Below, piece after piece: positions 53,486-64,000 of a DNA stretch of 64,000 nucleotides (positions are counted from its first letter, which is position 1; the number at the start of each line of letters is the position of its first letter). The DNA is taken from assembly GCA_951406725.2 (NCBI GenBank), contig OX597832.1, positions 56,296,001-56,360,000 on the forward strand, given 5' to 3'. This DNA is from Octopus vulgaris (Eukaryota). The translations under genes were made by a program, and so were the position numbers. The notes beneath the pieces were generated by a model, which saw nothing but the letters and a program-made list of their open reading frames with translations, was not told the DNA's origin and made no database searches.

Positions 53486-54942
53486 GGCGCCATAAAAAAT
53501 TCAGGTATTCTTCTTCTTTTCGGATGGCCATACATTCTGGCTGTAGTAAGGGTCTGCCACAGATGAAACTGAATATATAGAGAGGAGCAAGTGCCAACGG
53601 CAAATCTTGTGAGCAAAAGAACCAGAAAGGAAAAAAAAATTTTTTTTTAATAAAACTAAAAAGAATAACTGAGGGACAACAATGGTTTCTGATTTAGGTA
53701 CCAATAATTTTGAGAGGAGGGTGAAGTCAATTACATTAACCCCAACCCAGATCTCAACTAGTACTTATTTCAGCAAAGGCAAAGCTGACCTCAGTAGAAG
53801 TTGAACACAACATAAAAAGTCGAAAGAAATACCACACTGAGAGACACCAAGACCATCATTTTACATCCGTTTTCCATGCTGGCATGGTGGACTGGATCGT
53901 CTGGCAGGAGCTGGTCAGCTGAAGAGTTGCCCAGGCTCCATGTCTGTTTTGGCATGGTTTCTACGGCTGGATGCCCTTCCTAATGCTAACCACTTTACAG
54001 TGTGCTGGGTGCTTTTACACACCACTGGCAGGGGTGTGTTTACATGGCAGCAGTACAGGTACTTTTTATGTGGCACTAGCACCTACAAGCCTGCAAGATT
54101 AGGAATGCTCAGCCGAAGAGGGAATCAGGCGGCAAGCCCATATGCAAAAACAATGATGCTTTTACTTAGCTTGATATAAAAACATGGTTGTCCTCGCATA
54201 CATATATACCACTTTATTCATATATATATAAAAAAAATGTGGTATTTCACTCACATTTTATTTCTTTATTGTTTATCTTTTTGTGTCAATCACTGGACTG
54301 CAGCCATGCTGGAGCAAGCTATCCAATTTTTTTTGTTTGTTTATATGCACCTATCCAACGTTGTTCACTTCAGCATTTACAAAACAGTAATTTATTCTTT
54401 AAATGATTCTAGTTTTAATAATATATTCTTAACCACTGATATCCATTCCTTTCACAAATCAGCTATTGATCTCACATAGCCTATCTGTAATCAATGTTTC
54501 TATAAAAATTTAATAGCTCCCACTATCCTGTTCTAATCCATAGCCGCTAAGTTTTCTCTGAAGCTCTCAACACACCTCAATGTTTTTCCAATGGTTTTCC
54601 AAGGAATGTATACATCATCATATAACGTCCACGTTCCCATGCTTGATTTCAGCACCTTGGGCAAATGTCTTCTATAATAGCCCCAGGGTCAACCAAAATC
54701 TTGTGTATAGATTTGGTAGTCAGAAACAAATGGTTGGGAAGCAAGCTTCTTAAACCTCATGGCCATGCTCGCACCTATTATGTAATATAAATCTCTACAA
54801 TAAAGCCATAAAGTTTCCTGTAACTCAAGGTTACAACTTCATATTATAGAATGACGTAAATTTTTAACATACATTTACAAATATATTGAAAACAAAACAA
54901 CAACTGACGATGCAGTATTAAACAAGATAAACCAATATTTAC

Positions 54943-55061
54943 CTGTAATCTTTATGAAGCACAAAACCTTTTTTTAGGCTTTCACATACCGCAATTGTGT
55001 AAATTAATCTCAGAGTCTTGGGTTAATTTCAAAACAAGGTACCCAAAGTATATATATTCAA
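54943..55061 (-). other. Candidate non-coding (5' UTR or poison) exon, 119 nt
   Basis: tattttctgtttttcag|TTGAAT...ATTACAG|gtaaat. Strong splice sites, but the length is not divisible by 3 and all three frames contain stops. Confidence 0.55.
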
Positions 55062-55149
55062 CTGAAAAACAGAAAATAGTAACATATTAAAAGATGACAA
55101 TAACAATATATTTATGACACATTCAATGTTACTTTAAATGAGAATATAT

Positions 55150-55560
55150 AAACAGTCTTGTTGACAGAGCAAGGAAAATCTCTTAGTGACATAAGCTTAC
55201 AGTTGATCAGAGACGTCTCAACCTGACTCGTGGCATTCAAAACAAAAGCCCACGTGGGTGAATTAAAGGATAAGCTACAAGATAATGACCAAAATCTTAT
55301 CGGTGACGCCATTTTCAAGTTTTGTGATTTGTTTATTTCAAAAGCACGGGTACAGGAACAAGGGTCAAATAGCTGTAAACTGCAAATTTCTATCTTGCCG
55401 AAGCAAAACATAAGAAGGGGCAACAACATCAACTGTGATCCTGTAGCAATAGAATCAAGTGTGTGTGTGTGCTTTTAATTGTAATATATATTTTTAAAAA
55501 ACGGACAAGTTCACATAAAACTTGTGCACGCCATGTGACTGGCGGTTTTTAATTATTTAA
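55150..55560 (-). promoter_or_regulatory. Repeat-free, CpG-retaining island; possible alternative promoter / first exon
   Basis: YY1-like AAAATGGCG on the minus strand (55307-55315) overlapping a TGACG half-CRE; palindromic CCCACGTGGG E-box (55249-55258); GAGACGTCTC (55210-55219); possible donor CAG|gttgag at 55223, 160 nt upstream of the 54943-55061 exon. Confidence 0.4.
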
Positions 55561-55614
55561 ATGAATGTACAGCATTTGTTATATATTGCTAAGGAATTAA
55601 ATACACTACAAGCT

Positions 55615-56005
55615 AAATGAATTGACTCCAGTTCCTTTTTGCAAAACCTGGTACTTATTCAATCAGTCTCTTTTGCTGAACCACTAAAGTACAGGACATA
55701 AACAAACCAACACTGATTATCAAGCAGTGATGGGAGACAACACACACACACATATATATATACCAGAATAAGGAGCTATTTCTAGCACTAGAGTTAACCA
55801 CTTAATGGTAACTCTCTTATATTTACGTATATATATATATACAAACAGGTGTCTTTCAGTTATCATCTACCAAATCTACTCAAGACTTTGGTTGGCTGGG
55901 GCTATAGTTGAAGACATCTGGCCAAGGTGCCATGCAGTGGGACTGAACCCAGAGCCATGAAGCTGGGAGGTAAACTTCTTACCATACAGCTACATCTGCA
56001 CCTAT
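55615..56005 (-). mobile_element. SINE family A
   Basis: Consensus match, with a short insertion in the central microsatellite. Confidence 0.8.
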
Positions 56006-56999
56006 AAAGGATTCAGTTTCTATTAAGCATTATCCAAAACGGGTGGGGGGGGGATCAGCTGATAAATTTACTCCTTTCTGTTTTTTACAATTTGATTGAC
56101 TTTACTGTATATTGGTAATTTCCGAGAAACTGGGGTCTCAACTCAAACTACAGTTCTTAGTTTAAATCATTTCAATATTTATGCAATTCTGACACAGAAA
56201 ATTATGATCACAATTTCCTCATTTCTTCTACTCTATAAAACAAATTTCATTCCAAACTATAGAAAACAAAAACAAAAAAAAGCTATTATTGTATCTGTGT
56301 GTTATATTTAAAAATAGCATTTCTAATCTACACCTCTCTAGGCTGTCTACCATATCTAATACCGATTAGCAAATATAGATAATGCTTTTATGAATCAACA
56401 GAATCCATAGAACCAAAATACGAAGCCTGATGTCTGTGGCAGTAAGATATATAACATGTACCACTTTCTGGAGGAACTGAAGAGGAACCCTCTATATAAT
56501 CACTCAGCCTGCTAACAATAGCAGCTAAATTTCAATTACTACTTTTGTTTAAAAGGAGTAGGCCCAAAGGCATTTCATGAATAGGGTACTTTTAATGATA
56601 GCACTGCTTGACTATCACTGACCTGGGGTTAAATAACTACAACTTATTTCCAGCAAGACATACTGATGTATGTCGAATTGAATGCCCAAACCAGATACTA
56701 TAAACCAAGTGCTTACAATAGGTTACCATCTTGACCATCTTGCTTATAAGGCAACATGTTTCTACAATGGTTTATAATGGAACCAATAGCAATGAAGGTT
56801 TTGACAGCACCACCTATAAAATTACACCTGTTAATATACCATCATCATTTAACATTTGTTTTTCTATGCTGGCATGGGTTGGACAGCTTAACAAGAACTG
56901 GCAAGGTCAGGTTCCACAGGCTGTTTTGGCCTGGCTTCTACAGCTGGATACTTTTCCTCGTACCAACCACTTTACAGAGTAAACTGGGTGCCTTTTATA

Positions 57000-57315
57000 T
57001 GGTACCCTCACCAGTGCATTTTATGTGACACTAACACCAGTACATTTTACTTGGGACTAGCACCAGTGCTTTTTACATGACACCAGCAATGTGCTTCTTA
57101 CATAGCACAAGCACCAATGCATTTTATGTGGCAGCAGCACTAGTGCTTCTTACATGGCACCAGCACTGTGCTTATGTGGCACCAGCACCAGTGCTTATGT
57201 GGCACCAGCACCAGTGCTTTTCACGTGACACCAGCACTAGTGCTTCTTATGTGGCACCAGCACTTTTTATATGGCACTGTGCTCCTTACATGGCACCAGC
57301 ACCGGTGCTTTTTAA
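57000..57315. repeat. Degenerate ~22-26 bp minisatellite expanded inside a family B SINE
   Basis: About 12 copies of tggcaccagcaccagtgctt(tt)a(c/t). Smaller expansions at 15122-15280, 20020-20140 and 33620-33720. Confidence 0.9.
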
Positions 57316-58522
57316 GTAGTACTTCAGTTTTAGGATATCAATTCTGTAGTGGTGGGCGAGTCTTCTTAAGCACAGCAATGTGCCACATACCTCGGTCCTC
57401 TGTCATCTCCTTCACAAAGCTCAGTGATTTGAGATTAACTTTTAATACTGATAGTTATTATATCAATTACCATCAAGTCTTGTTAATAATCATCATCATC
57501 ATTTAAAATCTGTTTTCCATGTTAGCATGGGCTGGACGGTTTGACAGGAGCTGGCAAGTCAGAGAGCTGCACCAGTCTTCAAATATCCGTTTTGGCATAG
57601 TTTCTGTGGCTGGATGCCCTTCCTAACACCAACCATTTCCCAGAGTGTACTGGGTACTTTTTGCATGGCACCAGTACTTTTGTAATGTGCAAATAAGCAA
57701 ACTTCAGAGTATAAGCAACTGTGAAGTAGCTATTAAAATAACAATGGTAGGCAAGACAATATGACACTGAACTTTAATACTAGATAGAATGGCCTTGTGT
57801 AAAAAATTGAAACCGATATTAGGCATCAGAGTGGAACCTACATAACAATGATGCTCCAAAGTATGGCTTCAAGATCAAACCCTGCCAAAACCATTTTTAT
57901 CTTTCACCTACAAGGGGCTCCAAAACTAAGTACCAATAATATATCAGATCAATACCCTTCCTATAAAAAGTTTAAAATTCAACCTTGGTTCTAATGTAAA
58001 GAATTAAGGTTAGGATTCAGATGAAATGCTGGATGGATTTAGATGAAACTTTCAGGGATGTTTGGCCTCATGACTAGCACAAACTGATTAGATTTTGGGA
58101 TCAATCCAGTACTGGACAACCCAAATCTTAACCGCGCTAGCACGGGTTGGACGGTTCGACCGGGGTCTGGGAAGCCAGGGGCTGCTCCAGGCTCCAGTCT
58201 GATCTGGCAGAGTTTCTACGGCTGGATGCCCTTCCTAACGCCAACCACTCCGCGAGTGTAGTGGGTGCTTTTTACGTGCCACCTGCACAGGTGCCAGTGG
58301 GGGGTCATATATATATATATATATATATTATGGCTGCCCCCTCGTTATCGAGTATGGCCATTGCACGAAGCTTAACTGTTACTGGTAATGTGATCGAATG
58401 TGACTTTTTAGCCCAGTTAAAGATCTACAATGTCTTGTACAGAATTGGCAACTAAAACCTTTACTGGTAATAGCCGGCTGTAGTTGTAACTGGGCTTCAT
58501 GTACCTTTGCATGTTGTTTAAG

Positions 58523-58553
<31 letters not shown>

Positions 58554-59227
58554 CAAGATTAATCAGCCGAAATTGTGAAGATGATCTGGTTCTTGACTGA
58601 TGACTGAGAGCTTCGAAAGTCCCGTCTGTGTGTTTTTTTGTCGTCTTCAAAATGTTTCACGTTCTTGTCCCAGTTTGTGTTTTTTTTTAACGTTTACCTC
58701 TATATATATATATATATATATATACATACATACGTACACAGATGTCTTAAATGAGTGGAGATGAAAATATTTTCATAAGAAGAAACTTCATTCGTAGCAT
58801 AAAGAGTTAAGATCTTGAAACTCATTCATGGATCACACCAATGTTAATGATAACAGGTTGCTGCTGATTTTAATAGATTCTTTTCAGGCTTACCAAACAT
58901 TTATTCATATCCCTGATAAGCACTAAGTACTCTGTGCCACTTGTGTGACCCTCTTACCAACACTCATTTATGCAGTTCACTAACTAACTAACTTATATAG
59001 GACCCACTTTTGTTTACCCTCAGCACCAGTCATCACTCAAAGCCTGTACATATAGGAGGCTACATTGGATTACTTGTGTTCAGTACACCTTCCCCTTCAT
59101 GTATAACCTGTCTTTCACCTCATCCTTTTCACTCTGCCATCATATTTATGCTCCTCTTCTCCTTCATGGCTTATAGTCTTTGTCATTACTATCTCCTGGA
59201 CCAGGATCAGGATGCCTTCTGTCATTG

Positions 59228-59230
<3 letters not shown>

Positions 59231-59280
<50 letters not shown>
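59231..59280. repeat. (TA)n microsatellite (others at ~24190-24232, 27555-27596, 40197-40229; (GA)n at 41183-41237)
   Basis: Direct reading. Confidence 0.95.
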
Positions 59281-59282
<2 letters not shown>

Positions 59283-59617
59283 TGAAGGCGCATGGCTCAG
59301 TGGTTAGAGCGTCGAGCTTACGATCGTGAGGTTGTGAGCTCGAATCCCGGACCACGCTGCGTGTTGTGTTCTTGAGCAAGGCACTTTATTTCACGTTGCT
59401 CCAGTTCACTCAACTGTAGAAATGAGTTGCGACATCACAGGTGCCAAGCTGTATCGGCCTTTGTCTTTCCCTTGGATAACACTGGTGGCGTGGAGACGGG
59501 AGGCTGGTATGCATGGGCGACTGCTGGTCTTCCATAAACAACCTTGCCCGGACTTGTATCTAGGAGGGTAACTTTCTAGGTGCAATCCCATGGTCATTCA
59601 TAACCGAAGGGGGTTTC
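59281..59617 (+). mobile_element. tRNA-derived SINE family D, young copy within (TA)n
   Basis: TGGCTCAGTGGTTAGAGC A box and GCTCGAATCCC B-like box; body shared with 18247-18540. Confidence 0.88.
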
Positions 59618-59642
59618 AATATATATATATATATATATATAG

Positions 59643-59782
59643 ACCTCGTGTGTACCGTTGACGATTTTTTTTTCCTCTGTCTTCCCTTCTCTGGATCTTT
59701 CCTTCTCCTATGTTTCCGACGAAGAGCTCCGCTCGAAACGTTAAGCCCTCCTTCTTTCCTGAGCGTCCAATAATACTATATT
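59643..59782 (+). ncRNA. Second copy of the hammerhead-bearing relic (core 59712-59746)
   Basis: GTTT-CCGACGA-A-GAGC(TCC)GCTC-GAAA-CG-TT-AAGC; flanks closely similar to 32775-32912; U4>C substitution in the core; adjacent (TA)n. Confidence 0.65.
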
Positions 59783-60005
59783 TTAAATGGCTGCATGTGG
59801 CTACAATGCAAAAACAGACATCACAAAGAACACTTCAATCATGTGTTTCCCCAGATACTTCATGTAAAATAGCAAGATTATCACTACAAAGAATATCATT
59901 TTTCTAAGTTACATGGCATTGGAGTAGTTACTCTCTTTTAATTATTCAGGAAATGATTTTATTCAGTTTCATACCTTCACAGTGTTTCCATTGCTACTAT
60001 CAACA

Positions 60006-60370
60006 TTATTACCTCCACCTAAGCGAAGGCAGAAGCATTGTTTTGCTAGTTTGTCCGTGGACAAGATATCTCAAGAACTGCAGGATGGATTCAGATGAAA
60101 CTTTCAGGGATGTTTGGTCTCATATCTGACATGAACTGATTAGAGTTTGGGATCAATCCAGCACTGGACAAGGATTCTGGATTATTTTTCCTGTTTTTTT
60201 ACTTAATTTTTAAGAGCGGTCAGGATCATTTTTAGTATTCTCGTTTGTGAGAGCAGTCGAGTTTATTTCAGATATTCTCATTTTAAAAATCATCCCCGAC
60301 TAATTGTCGACAGGATGTTGGTGTTGCCTTGGCTGAGGTTTGCACTCTCTGAATGTTCTTGTCTAGATTA
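60006..60370 (+). mobile_element. Helentron-associated non-autonomous element (HINE / DINE-1-like architecture)
   Basis: 5' TTATT-ACCTCCACC subterminal repeat, 3' CCTTGGCTGAGGT counterpart (60327-60339), then a short GCACTCTCTGAATGT hairpin and a T-rich end. A partial second copy lies at ~58005-58120. Confidence 0.7.
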
Positions 60371-60442
60371 GTTTGTTGCAGTTGTAATCTAAAATGTAGC
60401 CATAAAAGTGTGTCAACATAGGGAATATTTCTCTTAACATAT

Positions 60443-60840
60443 AGGCACAGGCATGGCTGTATGGTTAAAAAGCTTGCTTCACAACCATGTGGTCTTGGGT
60501 TCAATCCCACTGCACAGCAACTTGGGCAAGTGTCTTCTACCATAGTCCTGGGCTGACCAAAGCCTAGTGAGTGAATCTAGTAGATGAAAACTGCAAGAAA
60601 CCCATCACACACACACACGTGTGTGTGTGTGCATGTATGTACCCTTGTCCTAACACCATGTGGTGGCGGAAAATAATCATCACTGTAATATAAATGATGG
60701 TACTTGTTTCCTTTCCATTCTTCCATGGAAAATATTAACTTACTCAGAAATGGGTGAGTATTGGCAACAGGAAGGGCATCCAGCTATAGAAAATTTGTCT
60801 CAACCATGCCAGCATGGAACACTGAACGTTAAATGATGAT
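60443..60840 (+). mobile_element. SINE with family A head and (GAT)n RTE-like tail
   Basis: Family A head, then ggcaacaggaagggcatccagc...gttaaatgatgat. Similar chimeras at ~32980-33390, 51675-52070 and 5370-5795 (minus). Confidence 0.8.
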
Positions 60841-61299
60841 ATATGATATCAAAATCAACTGCTGCCAGTTACATGGCCTACCTCAGCATCCCCCAAAACA
60901 TAACCTTGGGAAATTCTTTGTGTTGATTAAATATGAATTCAAGAAGTTTATGATTATATCTGAGAAAATGTCTACAATGTAAATTAGGATGTGAACATTT
61001 TTGTGATCTACACAATACCTAAACCAGCCACCCTCTGTCAATATTTCAATAATTAGATTCATCAGCAGTTGACCTTCTTGATAAATATAGGACTAAGTGG
61101 TTGGTTTGCAATAAAACTTCAGACATAGATTGCTCAATAGTTCTGAATGTCAACATGATGCCTATTGGCATCAAATATCCTTAGAATAGGATTCTCAGCA
61201 AGAGCACTATTTTTTGTTTGTAAATTATTAAATGCCTATTACTAATCCTTTGTCGAAGCACAGTCAACATTTTCCTTGCATAATTTCACAAATGGTTCA

Positions 61300-62035
61300 A
61301 CTATCTCAGCAAATTTTGGTAGGTATCAACCATAAAAATCCAGCAAAGTATAGTATGCGGTCTATCACATTGTCAAACTGTATAGCCAGGGTTATCTACC
61401 TTAAACATTCAGTTTGAAAAGGAAACCAATTTTTCCATTATACGGACATTAACAACAAAATTTTCTTTGTCAGGGATATACCCATGACTACAGTAGTGAC
61501 TAACAGGAAAATTTAAAAATACAATAATTGACTGGTACAATATGTGCCATGAGGTGTGTGGAGCCATAGTTTATCATGTACAACAAGGGAAGCTTGTTGG
61601 AACAAATGATAACCATATTCAGATTGACAAAGCAAAATTTGCCAGTCGGCGAAAACACATTTGAGGAAGAATGCTGAATGGTGACAACGCTCCTCTCTTC
61701 GAAGACAATGATGCAGAACAACGAAACAACAGGAACCATGGACGTAGAACTGATCGGCCGTGGGTTTTTGGTCTCAAACAAGGCTCAGACTGTCAATACT
61801 TTTGTGTGGAATGGCATGACAAGAACAATCTGATCCCAATTATTGAAAGAGAATGTGAAATAGGTTCACTAATTCATTCAGATGAGTGGCCCACTTATAA
61901 TTTAAATGCCATAGGTTATCACCATCTGACAGTGAACCTTCAACAATATTATGTGGATCCAGTGACCAGGGAACATACTCAAGCCACTGAGTGATCATGA
62001 TTAGATGCTAAAACTATAATTCTGAAAAAAATGAT
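61300..62035 (+). mobile_element. Decayed Merlin / IS1595(ISXO2)-like DDE transposase
   Basis: From ~61527 one frame reads IDWYNMCHEVC...IQIDKAKF..RRKH.*GR...RPWVFG...LIPIIERECEIGSLIHSDEWPTY.L...GYHHLTVN...YVDPVTREHTQATE*S*LDAK, matching the DDE_Tnp_IS1595 motif order. In-frame stops. The 5' boundary is approximate. Confidence 0.88.
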
Positions 62036-62959
62036 CTCTGAAATATCTGAAAGAAACAGTAGACAATCCTGTTTGACACCGTGGTAGACTGCACCCAGCA
62101 AATCTTAAGTCTTTAGCATTCAGGTTACACATTGTTTTGAATCAATCATTCATTATCTTAAAGCTTCAAAACTCCAATGATGTGACAGCTTATTTTTAGA
62201 ATGATATCATAACTAGGTGGAAGAGATCAGATCTGGCCCCTTTGAACATGAACAGGTAGAAGATCTGGGTCTGATATGGCTAGTTTAAATGCTAATGGGT
62301 TAAAAGGACTAATTTCTTTTATTATTATTGGGGGACATATTTTCTAGAATAAAAGTCAATTTGGTTTTATTACTTTTATTACTTTTTCCGATCTAATAAT
62401 CATGCCTCTATCTGTCAGTCAATTCAGTATAACATGGGTCTTTTAAGTACAAATCTTCTGAAATAGTTGCACCCAAACACTTCCATGTCCAACACAACAA
62501 ACCAATAGGGCTGTTAATAGCATTGTTATTTCTATCTGAATTCAGTGGTACACAACCACAGAGATCAAATTTCAAATAGATAATGATTATTTATTTTTTG
62601 AAATCATTATCTATTTGAATCTGGTGACACACACCCCAGTGGTTGATGTTGGAAAACAAATACTATCACAGCTAATGTGTCTGAGATGGGTTCAATATTA
62701 AAGGTTGGGTAAGAGTTTGAATATAAATTTTCCAACTGAATTTCATATTACTACAATAGATAATAACCGCCTGCTACTATCAATTGGAACAAGTTCTAAT
62801 ATGCTTCTCCAACCAATTTTTGTGATTCAACATCAACTAGTGGAAATATGAATTGGTAGTTTAAAGTATTCAAAATATGAAGGAACCACATTTAACGGAC
62901 ATACAATCATTTAACAGACTGGCATCTTCGAGGCAAAGCAATAGCAAGAATTAATTAGA

Positions 62960-63405
62960 AGTAAAGATTGCTTGCCAACATAACATGGCAGTCCTGGTTT
63001 AGGATGAATGTTGCTGTAATCAGCCCCAGGAGACATCGTCTCCAGTTAGCTATATTATATGATCTGTGTCCTTATATTTTTTCGAACAAGGGAATCTAGC
63101 ACCTGCACTCAGGGCAAAACAATATCTGTGTATTGCAATTTTCAGGTTATTTCCTTTCATCAGTACAGAATAATTGTTTGGCTAGAGGTGGCACTGCCAA
63201 ATTCCTGTTCGAAATATATAGTTTTCAAAGTGACAACTAGTCACTGACCTATAAATTAAAAACTAGGACATAGATTGTGTCATATAATATAAGGACACAG
63301 ATCATGTCAAATAACCAGCTGGAGACGATGTCTCCTGGGGCTAAATTACAGCAACATTTGTCCTAAACCAGAACTGCCATGTTATGTTGGCAAACAATCT
63401 TTACT
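62960..63405. repeat. Inverted repeat / foldback-like element: arms 62960-63078 and 63286-63405
   Basis: agtaaagattgcttgccaacataacatggcag...ccccaggagacatcgtctccag...gatctgtgtccttatatt is reverse-complemented with scattered mismatches; ~205 bp spacer. Confidence 0.9.
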
Positions 63406-64000
63406 CCAAAATACTGTAGCTGAATATCTCTCATTGTGAGATTTACAAATAGTAATTTTCTAAGAATTAATTAGTTTTAAACGAGTTCCAACAGTGCCAG
63501 AACTTTTATTTAGTCCACCACCACTACTATGGCTCCAACAACACCATGATTTTTATTTACAGTCCATGGCCACAATTAGTATAATTTATCACCCGCCTGT
63601 TTCAGTTGTTGATCCATCAAACTAGAGAAGTAGATGACTTTTGAGAAGTTTTAGTTGACTAATGAGTACCCAAAACCTCCTTGGAATTAAGGTAAACTCA
63701 ATACTAATATACTCTTGAATATCCTAGCTGATATTATACAATTTTCCTTGGAGTGGTCCTTGCCTGGTAGTGCAAACATTCTCATTATTAATTTGTCCTA
63801 TACTTTCCTTTATAAAGCTACAAGTGGGTTGTTTTTTTGTTTTTTGTTGCTCAATTTGCTTAGTATTCTACATGTATGACATTTTCCAATTAATAAACAC
63901 ATATTTATAACCAGAAAATTGTGCTTTGGAAATTTCTTCCTTTTAGCAACTGGCATTTTTAAGTTCTACTTTCAGAAAAATACCAACTAATTTTTGTTGT

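Noticed and set aside
57000-57315. CRISPR-like spaced repeats
   Set aside because: Units are degenerate and contiguous with no unique spacers; the array is inside a SINE in eukaryotic DNA; no cas genes.
58590-58625. CTGATGA...GAAA-GTC hammerhead-like motif in another (TA)n-flanked repeat
   Set aside because: No convincing stem II or stem I, so it was not counted.
59281-59355. tRNA gene
   Set aside because: A and B boxes are present but there is no proper acceptor stem or terminator, and it continues into a SINE body shared with 18247-18540.

Overview
AT-rich, repeat-dense eukaryotic (animal) DNA, not prokaryotic. The SINE families and (TA)n/(CA)n/(GATA)n microsatellites look like octopus (Octopus-type cephalopod) DNA; this assignment is recognition, not a database hit. 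There is no intact long ORF, and almost all of the ORF track is spurious translation of SINEs. The window appears to lie inside long introns of one minus-strand gene that I cannot name. Evidence: several short unique segments have canonical minus-strand splice sites (best 12172-12291, 22961-23071, 54943-55061, 4336-4386, 9022-9099), there are further candidate alternative terminal exons, and there is a promoter-like island near 55.3 kb. Mobile DNA includes at least four SINE families, decayed mariner, Tc1 and Merlin/IS1595-like transposases, a young CR1 LINE 3' end, RTE fragments, nested TTAA piggyBac-type and hAT MITEs, and a Helentron-associated element. Most notable: (i) four dispersed relics with minimal hammerhead-ribozyme cores of the Penelope-like type, (ii) a ~97% identical 550-580 bp inverted duplication at 35.9-37.4 kb that would form long intronic dsRNA, (iii) an array of candidate alternative exons, including a frame-symmetric exon ending in an in-frame TGA. 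All coordinates and identities were read by eye; repeat boundaries are approximate.
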